A DNA stretch of 7,269 nt from NCBI GenBank assembly GCA_013416795.1, contig RQSC01000362.1, positions 1 to 7,269 on the forward strand, given 5' to 3'. The notes beneath the pieces are model-generated. The model saw only the letters and a list, made by a program, of their open reading frames with translations, had not been told where the DNA came from and did not search any database. Below are positions 1 through 5,725 of this stretch, in pieces. How positions within the stretch are numbered: position 1 is the stretch's first letter; each line of letters starts with the position of its first letter. Source of the stretch: Prasinococcaceae sp. CCMP 1430 (taxonomy: Eukaryota; Plantae; Prasinodermophyta). Made by a program: the position numbers and the translations under genes.

Positions 1-377
1 TCGATGGTGTTGTAGTCGTCCTCGTCGTCACTGGGCTCGAAGGGTGATTCCCCCGAGTCGTCCTCCTCCTCCTCCTCTTCCTCCTCCTCATCGGTGTCAT
101 TGTCGTCCTCCTCCTCCGACGTCGTTTCGTGGTCATCCAACTCGTCCTCGTTGTCCTCATCCGGGGGGGCGTCCGTGGCCTCCTCCTCGTCGTCTATGAA
201 ACTGCTGTCGTATGAACCGTCATCCTCTGTCGCGTCCTGTTCGCTGTCCATGGCGTCCTCCCCTCCATCCTCCTCCTCCGAATAATCGTCCTCAGGCATC
301 TCGGACGGGGCGTACTTCTCTGGACGTTTGACTGCGCGTCCCGATCGGGTTGTGGTGGCTGGCCTGGTCGCAGACAT
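1..377 (-). CDS. Acidic low-complexity protein with N-terminal TRSGR-x-VKRPEKY motif (3' end runs off the window); conserved NCLDV hypothetical-type protein
   Basis: Manual translation from the ATG at 377 gives MSATRPATTTRSGRAVKRPEKYAPSEMPEDDYSEEEDGGEDAMDSEQDATEDDGSYDSSFIDDEEE..., open to position 1. The 'TRSGR..K.PE.Y...EDDY...FIDD' pattern matches my recollection of small acidic proteins of prasinoviruses and related NCLDVs. It explains the TCC/TCG repeats on the + strand. Confidence 0.88.
   Translation of the reverse strand, partial: MSATRPATTTRSGRAVKRPEKYAPSEMPEDDYSEEEDGGEDAMDSEQDATEDDGSYDSSFIDDEEEATDAPPDEDNEDELDDHETTSEEEDDNDTDEEEEEEEEEDDSGESPFEPSDDEDDYNTI
61..90 (-). repeat. Imperfect (GAG)n coding trinucleotide run (poly-Glu)
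   Basis: tcctcctcctcctcctcttcctcctcctca on +, encoding the Glu run in the minus-strand acidic ORF. Confidence 0.85.
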
Positions 378-460
378 GTATACTAAGCGGTAAGATTTTG
401 TGCGGCGGTCGAGCGCCTCGAGACCAAAAATATTATCTTCTTCAAAAGTATACAAACGGC
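378..460. promoter_or_regulatory. Divergent intergenic region, putative bidirectional viral promoter
   Basis: 83-nt spacer between head-to-head ATGs (377 on -, 461 on +). It has an AT-rich core (aaaaatattatcttcttcaaaagtatacaaa) and a GTATAC palindrome near each start (378-383, 448-453). Confidence 0.55.
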
Positions 461-1999
461 ATGTCTTTGGAGAATCTCTACCCACTCCCGGTTTCGGTCA
501 ACTCGCCCACCAGCAGGTCTCCCGAGTACCAGAGGCGAATAAACGACCTCGCGGAAATGTACTTCACCGGCCACGAGATACAGGAACTGCGCACGCGCGT
601 TCCCAGCATCCGGTTCGCCATCGAAGAGGCGGACGTTTACAAGCGTTACATCGTCCACGACAACAGGAAGCTTTTGTCTAAGTTGCAGCTATTCGTCGCC
701 TCCGTGTACATATACGACCTCCTCACCGCCAACTTGCGCGAGTTGTCTGACCGTGTTGGCAATGCCACCCAGTCCTCCATGATCACGACTAGCCGCGATG
801 AGATGGCCAAGCTCGCAAATTCTCTTCGTGGGTACGTCGCCGTCGAGTGCGACCGACTGGGATCCACGGGTTGTACCGATAAAAAAGAGTCTAACGGTTA
901 CGTCTATCTGGGGCGCGTACCCCATAACGTCATCGCGAGGATCACATCACTGGAAGAAGATGGTGCTGTCACCGTTCCTAATGATAACGAGGCTCTACTT
1001 CACAAAATTCAAACCGCGGGCCCCATGGGCAGTGGAGCATATGCCATCCGCGCGTTCAAGATCGCACCCTATAACGTGCCATCTCCTACTTACCTTCTGG
1101 GTAAGGACCCTGCCGACGACTGCATGCCCGCTCGACTCATTTATCAGCTCGCGAGCAAGAAAATCGACTGCACGTATCTTTCCATGGACCACCGCAGGAG
1201 GCTAGCCAGGTTAGAAGTAGATTTCCCTCCACTTGTGAGCCAGATGTCGCAGAATATTCTTGACTCGTCTAAAAGGTACAATTATGATACGGGCGACGCG
1301 TACGGGGACATGCCCGTGGCGGGCGAAGCGTTAATCAATGTCGGAGAGCGCTCTGGCCTGAAAGCAAATATTAACACCGCCGCTGCTGCATACATCAACG
1401 AATCTCCTAAGCGTCTTGCCTCGCTGTTTACTGTAGCTGGTGAGCCTAATCTGGTTCTGACATCGTTTGAGAACGTCATCAGGGACTTTATCAAGCGCGA
1501 CATCGTCGCCTTCAACGCTCTCCGCGGTCAGATTCTTGATAAGATCGACGTCTGGTGGAAGCGCAACGGAGCGATGTCGGCCCTTAACACACACCCTTTC
1601 AAAGACGATGGCACTGTTGACGCCCAGGATTCGATTAAGTTTATTCAGAACATCCAGAAGGCGACCTACGCTCTCACCGGCACCATCCCCAAGTGTCCCA
1701 ACGGCTCCTCTACCGTTTGGTACGACAGGGACCCCACCGACGCCAAGGCCCGCATCGTGGACGAGACGATCACTGCCGCTGACGGTACGCGTGTCAGGAA
1801 CCCGTTCGCCAGGTTCGGTATGTGCGCCGACGAGCCCTTCGGGGCCGACGTGATGGCGGGGTACCCGAACCAGGGTTACGCCATTGAACCCTCTGGCGGG
1901 GGGCACTACCTCGTTAACGGCGCGCGCAGGTATAAGCGCCACACCACCGCTGCCAGGCGCACTCGCACTCGCCGACCGGCGGCGCGGAAGTATTACTGA
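461..1999 (+). CDS. Hypothetical protein, 512 aa, with Arg-rich basic C-terminal tail (possible virion/core protein)
   Basis: Long ORF with coding-like codon bias. The ATG at 461 (MSLENLYP) follows an AT-rich leader, whereas the track's start at 350 would overlap the divergent gene. It ends RRYKRHTTAARRTRTRRPAARKYY. No family recognised. Confidence 0.85.
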   Translation: MSLENLYPLPVSVNSPTSRSPEYQRRINDLAEMYFTGHEIQELRTRVPSIRFAIEEADVYKRYIVHDNRKLLSKLQLFVASVYIYDLLTANLRELSDRVGNATQSSMITTSRDEMAKLANSLRGYVAVECDRLGSTGCTDKKESNGYVYLGRVPHNVIARITSLEEDGAVTVPNDNEALLHKIQTAGPMGSGAYAIRAFKIAPYNVPSPTYLLGKDPADDCMPARLIYQLASKKIDCTYLSMDHRRRLARLEVDFPPLVSQMSQNILDSSKRYNYDTGDAYGDMPVAGEALINVGERSGLKANINTAAAAYINESPKRLASLFTVAGEPNLVLTSFENVIRDFIKRDIVAFNALRGQILDKIDVWWKRNGAMSALNTHPFKDDGTVDAQDSIKFIQNIQKATYALTGTIPKCPNGSSTVWYDRDPTDAKARIVDETITAADGTRVRNPFARFGMCADEPFGADVMAGYPNQGYAIEPSGGGHYLVNGARRYKRHTTAARRTRTRRPAARKYY

Positions 2000-2016
2000 G
2001 TCCACAGAGGGACGAC

Positions 2017-2568
2017 ATGGACAACGCGGATTCGCGTGCCTACAAGTTCGCCATGGACTATGATGACCGCAGACGTAAAGCCGACGCGTGGTGGAATGCC
2101 ATGACGGCACGTCGCGCGGCCCGCAACAACGTGTACGAACACTACATTTCTTTCAACCGCGGGCACATGGAGACGTTGGGCAGTCTGTATCGTGGTAAGC
2201 AGCAGTTGACCGAGGACGAGAAGGACGTCGTGGACGCGTACAGAGTGGAAGGAGAGCCCGCGTTGAAAGGCGACACGCTGACGGAGTGGACCGCTTCGTC
2301 CGTGCCGTCATCCGGGTGGGTTTCCTGCATAGCGTGCAGTGGCATAATGCCCGCCCACAAGGTGGAGTTCGCCAATCCCATGCCCTCTCGCGACCTGTTC
2401 GCGTTTTACCATGCCACGTGCTTCGACAGCCTTACCGCGAGCGATTCATTGCGCATTCAGGAGCGCGTGCCACCGGCGCCTGTTCCTGATATCGTCGAGA
2501 CGCAGCCAGGGGCCGTTGTCGCGGTGGATTGGGACCTTGACAAACCCACCGGGGGGTACGACTGTTGA
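2017..2568 (+). CDS. Hypothetical protein, 183 aa, with putative CxxC-x24-HxxC zinc finger
   Basis: Starts 17 nt after the upstream stop. C104-I-A-C107 ... F-Y-H132-A-T-C135-F; GC3-rich codons. Confidence 0.8.
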   Translation: MDNADSRAYKFAMDYDDRRRKADAWWNAMTARRAARNNVYEHYISFNRGHMETLGSLYRGKQQLTEDEKDVVDAYRVEGEPALKGDTLTEWTASSVPSSGWVSCIACSGIMPAHKVEFANPMPSRDLFAFYHATCFDSLTASDSLRIQERVPPAPVPDIVETQPGAVVAVDWDLDKPTGGYDC

Positions 2569-2621
2569 TTTCATTCGTCTAAAAGCGCGGATACAATTTC
2601 GCGGCCTGTATCAAGGCACGA

Positions 2622-3650
2622 ATGGCGATGGCGACGGTCTGCATTGGGAGGCCGGTGTCGACCGGCGCTGTCCCGAACGATTACCCCGATAAGTGGGTGT
2701 GCGTAGGGCCCAAACCGCGCGTTGGGCCGAAGGTTACAAAAATATACAACGAGGAGGTGCTGCTGTACAGCAGCAAGCACAGGGACGAGACATTGGCGGT
2801 GAGAAACGTGTGTCCTCATCGGGGCGCGCGCCTTTCTCACAACTGCAAAGTGGACGCGGACGATTGCGTCCGTTGCGCGTACCACGGCCTGCATTGGGGG
2901 ATGCAGAACAATGCGGATAATTACCTCGCGGCGAAGGAGGATGGAGACCTGGTCTGGGTTAACGCGGGCATCGGTGACGGCGAATCCTCGCCCCCCACAA
3001 TGCCCGAGTTCGCCGACGCGGGATACAGGACGTTTTCATACTCCACGTTCATCGGGGCCCACCCCATGATCGTCATGGAGAACCTGTTGGACCACGCGCA
3101 CCTGGAGCACGTGCACAAGGTCAAGATAGTGGACGCCAAGAGCACGGAGGTCGCCATGGACCCGGCCTCCACCGAGAGTGTTCTCACTGGGAAAAGCGTG
3201 TACGGCTACCCCGTCACGAACGACAATGTGGCTCGCATGCTGTTGGACTTTATGCCGTCAGAGGGGAGGCGGCAGGAGGGGGCGCCCGAGGGGATGAAGA
3301 TATGGGTCGAGAACGAGTTCGCGTTGCCGTACACGTCCAGCCTGCGCTTCATGATTTCCGGACACGACAAGCCCTTCTTCGTGTTATGGTTCAGCGTGCT
3401 CCCCTTCGAGAGCGACAAGTCCCTGGTCACTTGCCGCGTGTCTCGCAACATTTTGACGAGCCCGCTGTGGGACGGTTTGTTTTGGATGCTTAACCATCTC
3501 CCGCTGAAGGAGGACGACGACATCGTCCGTAACGTGGTCGCCGATGACTGGTGGCGCAATCACCTGAGGAAGAGTGACGCCTTCGTCAAATTGTACAGAG
3601 ACAAGATGAAGTCGGTGTACGGTATCATGTTTTTGGAACCGTTTGCGTAG
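2622..3650 (+). CDS. Rieske [2Fe-2S] mononuclear non-heme iron oxygenase, catalytic subunit (CAO/PAO/VanA/KshA-like superfamily)
   Basis: Rieske motif C64-P-H66-RGARLS-...-C85-A-Y-H88-G, followed by the typical 'GDLVWV' strand. Fe(II) site E153-N-L-L-D157-x2-H160-x4-H165. C-terminal carboxylate ligand region 'LKED298' and late 'SDAFVKLYR' (D....YR) helix. The start could be 2622 or 2628. Confidence 0.93.
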   Translation: MAMATVCIGRPVSTGAVPNDYPDKWVCVGPKPRVGPKVTKIYNEEVLLYSSKHRDETLAVRNVCPHRGARLSHNCKVDADDCVRCAYHGLHWGMQNNADNYLAAKEDGDLVWVNAGIGDGESSPPTMPEFADAGYRTFSYSTFIGAHPMIVMENLLDHAHLEHVHKVKIVDAKSTEVAMDPASTESVLTGKSVYGYPVTNDNVARMLLDFMPSEGRRQEGAPEGMKIWVENEFALPYTSSLRFMISGHDKPFFVLWFSVLPFESDKSLVTCRVSRNILTSPLWDGLFWMLNHLPLKEDDDIVRNVVADDWWRNHLRKSDAFVKLYRDKMKSVYGIMFLEPFA

Positions 3651-3706
3651 TTGTCACGCACATGCGTTTAAGTAGGAGCAATTTTATCAACGTATTATAT
3701 CGTATC

Positions 3707-4171
3707 ATGGAGGATCTCACGGGTCTGGCTCGTCGCCTTCGTTCTGGTGGCATGCATCAGACCAGGGCGGCGGGTGGGGGGTCGATGATGCCCCAAATGC
3801 AAGCGGCACCACCACAGGCAGGGGGCATGTCCCCTACTGCAATGAGGCTCCCATCTGTGCACTCCCAAGAGGGCTCGGAGCTATCGGGGATGACCCCTAT
3901 GGGTCCTGCCGCCATCAAGACAGGCTCTGTCGCCAAGGTCGGCAAGCATGCCACTGGACAGGCCTCTGTCGGTGGCGGGGGGTCTGGCAGCGTGCTGCCG
4001 GCCATCTTAGGAGTCGGTGCGGCCATTGGCACCATCCACTTCGGCGCGGGCGTGTTCCCTGACGTGTTCAAGGGCGCGGACGGCAAGATCGATCGCACCC
4101 GGTTGAACGTGGGGGGGGTGTTGGCCGGTTTTATTGTTTTCTTGGTAGCCAGGTACCTATATTCTCAATAA
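3707..4171 (+). CDS. Membrane protein with disordered G/M/P/Q/A-rich N-terminus and two C-terminal transmembrane helices (NCLDV-type)
   Basis: Hydrophobic segments VLPAILGVGAAIGTIHFGAGVF (3992-4057) and LNVGGVLAGFIVFLVARYLY (4103-4162), joined by a short charged loop. The ATG at 3707 is preferred over 3662 because 3662-3706 is AT-rich spacer-like sequence. Confidence 0.8.
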   Translation: MEDLTGLARRLRSGGMHQTRAAGGGSMMPQMQAAPPQAGGMSPTAMRLPSVHSQEGSELSGMTPMGPAAIKTGSVAKVGKHATGQASVGGGGSGSVLPAILGVGAAIGTIHFGAGVFPDVFKGADGKIDRTRLNVGGVLAGFIVFLVARYLYSQ

Positions 4172-4229
4172 ACGTTCGCTTAACATGTGCAATATTATTT
4201 CAATGCCAACGTTGTAAAGGGACGCAGCG

Positions 4230-4988
4230 ATGGTGGCAGAGAGGGACGACGACCCGCGCGTGGACACCAACGTGTTAGTCGACAGCAAGCGAGAGTACAT
4301 TGAGAAGCTCGAGCGCTGCCTGTCTCAGCCTATCTACAACGCGCTCAAAAACATTCTGCAAGACGCCATGAACGTGTCGGAGGTGAAGGAGCTGGACGAG
4401 CTGGAGTGCTTTTCCCAGCTGTTGTCGGAGGTGCCGAGCTGGAACGCGGACATTGTGGATTCTGAGACGCGCGAGGTGATGCAGGCGGCTCCGTTTCTCA
4501 AGGAGCTTCTCAAGGCATACTTCGTCTGTGCCAGCATGATCCTTGGCTCCATCCGCAGGTCACATCACACCGAGCAGCATCGGCTGAAGGTGAAGGTGCC
4601 GACCTGCGAGCGGTTCGTCCACTCCGTTATCAAGATGATGGCCGCCGACATTGAGGATGACATCCCTCACTACCTCACCCAGACGGAGGACGGCGAGTTC
4701 AAGCTCAGCAAGCGGCACATCATGAAGGGGGTGAGCGAGAGCATCAGGAACGCGCTGCACAGTTTTACAACCAGCGACGACATCCTAAAGGGGTACATGG
4801 ACGACATCATGGGCGACGAGCCGCCCCTGCCCCCGCGCATCCGCCTGGACGACGAAGAGCCCGCTGCCCCGAAGACCAAGTCTTTCAAGCTGGGCAGCAA
4901 CATCCTTCGCACGAGCAAGCCGACTCTCGCGGACGACGATGACGAGGATGACACCGGTGTCGTTGTGGAGGAGGACGAGGATTTTTAA
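4230..4988 (+). CDS. Conserved NCLDV protein of unknown function (DUF5764-like)
   Basis: N-terminal 'NVLVDSKREYIEKL', then 'FSQLLSEVPSWN', 'LLKAYFV...ILGSIR' and 'KVKVPTCERFVH' match the pattern I recall for this phycodnavirus/mimivirus family (NVLVEAK.EY, FQ.LLKEVPNWN, LKLP..E.F). Acidic tail. Confidence 0.8.
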   Translation: MVAERDDDPRVDTNVLVDSKREYIEKLERCLSQPIYNALKNILQDAMNVSEVKELDELECFSQLLSEVPSWNADIVDSETREVMQAAPFLKELLKAYFVCASMILGSIRRSHHTEQHRLKVKVPTCERFVHSVIKMMAADIEDDIPHYLTQTEDGEFKLSKRHIMKGVSESIRNALHSFTTSDDILKGYMDDIMGDEPPLPPRIRLDDEEPAAPKTKSFKLGSNILRTSKPTLADDDDEDDTGVVVEEDEDF

Positions 4989-5009
4989 TCGGTTTATAAA
5001 CTTAATATA

Positions 5010-5678
5010 ATGCAAGTGACCATTTCCCCAAACGGGCAAAAAATACTGTCATCATCTGCCAATTGCAAACAGGGTAGCGTGCAAAAGGTCAGGTTGCATC
5101 TGAAACAGTCTGCGTTCAAGGAAATCATAGATAGCATGCACCTCGGCGCGGAAAGGGGGGGGACGTTTGACATTGACATGAGCACGCTGGCGTTGGAAAA
5201 CAACAAGGTGGTGAACGTGGGCGGCACCAACGACGTGGAGACGCCGCATGGCATCATAGAGTGGCACACTCACCCTTCCAAATGCACGATGGGCGAGTGC
5301 TCGCTGGCGTGTCCTAGTGACATAGACATTCTCGTGTTTTTGGAGGACGCGTTGTCGGATAACGTGTCCCATTGGGTGTTCAGTCTGCTGGGCACGTTTG
5401 TGGTGTGCCTGTCCCCTGCACTTGTGGTGCGCATGCGACAGGCGCAGGACAGCGGTGGCTTTAAACAGGAGTGCAAGAGGATCCAGGACTTGTTTAATCG
5501 GTTGCAGGAACAGTTTGCGTCTCGCTACGTCACTTCGAAGGACGAGGCTGAGAAACGGAGGCACGAGGAATGGCACAAGGCGCAATGGATCAAGTTGGCG
5601 CGCGATACCGGTTTCGCCGTCGCGGTATTCCCCTGGGGGGCAAAGCCCAGTATCGAAGTGCTCGTGCAGTGCGGTTGA
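5010..5678 (+). CDS. JAB/MPN+ (JAMM)-like metalloprotein
   Basis: E48 in 'AERGGTF', then 'IEWH86-T-H88-P ... P-S103-D-I-D106', then a hydrophobic strand 'HWVFSLLGTFVV'. This is the order of JAMM catalytic residues, but the H-to-S spacing is 14 rather than the canonical 7. Confidence 0.65.
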   Translation: MQVTISPNGQKILSSSANCKQGSVQKVRLHLKQSAFKEIIDSMHLGAERGGTFDIDMSTLALENNKVVNVGGTNDVETPHGIIEWHTHPSKCTMGECSLACPSDIDILVFLEDALSDNVSHWVFSLLGTFVVCLSPALVVRMRQAQDSGGFKQECKRIQDLFNRLQEQFASRYVTSKDEAEKRRHEEWHKAQWIKLARDTGFAVAVFPWGAKPSIEVLVQCG

Positions 5679-5725
5679 GCTCGTCACCGGCGCGATAATA
5701 GTTCTCTAGGCCTGTACTTGAAGGC

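Noticed and set aside
94-285. 63-aa poly-Ser ORF on +
   Set aside because: It is the antisense shadow of the Asp/Glu-rich minus-strand gene (GAG/GAC read as TCC/TCG/GTC).
350-460. N-terminal extension of the 549-aa ORF
   Set aside because: Non-ATG start, overlaps the divergent gene's start, and runs through AT-rich promoter-like sequence; the ATG at 461 is preferred.
870-1480. Intein as the explanation for the low-GC3 segment
   Set aside because: No intein block A, no His-Asn/Cys-Ser-Thr C-terminal junction and no LAGLIDADG motif is visible.
2005-2016. Shine-Dalgarno-like AGGGACG before the ATGs at 2017 and 4230
   Set aside because: Only two instances, at different spacing, and the same word occurs inside the 4230 CDS. 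The context is a eukaryotic virus, so chance is likely.
1331-2110. 259-aa minus-strand ORF, and similar antisense ORFs at 5052-5687, 5684-6265, 2571-2894 and 3206-3559
   Set aside because: They fully overlap better-supported + strand genes. Long antisense frames are expected in GC3-rich coding DNA, and they show no recognisable motifs.
2622-3650. Calling the Rieske gene CAO or PAO specifically
   Set aside because: The visible motifs are shared across the superfamily, there is no transit peptide or PAO-type C-terminal CxxC, and substrate cannot be inferred from these motifs.
3662-3706. Upstream start for the membrane protein
   Set aside because: The segment is AT-rich, contains the recurring TATTAT spacer motif, and leaves almost no intergenic room.
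5155-5162. G8 homopolymer as a frameshift or phase-variation site
   Set aside because: The reading frame is intact (Arg-Gly-Gly), similar G runs occur at other Gly-Gly codons, and no alternative-frame product is evident.
5265-5330. Zn-dependent deaminase motif in the JAB-like protein
   Set aside because: It lacks HxE and PCxxC; HxH...SxxD fits JAMM better.
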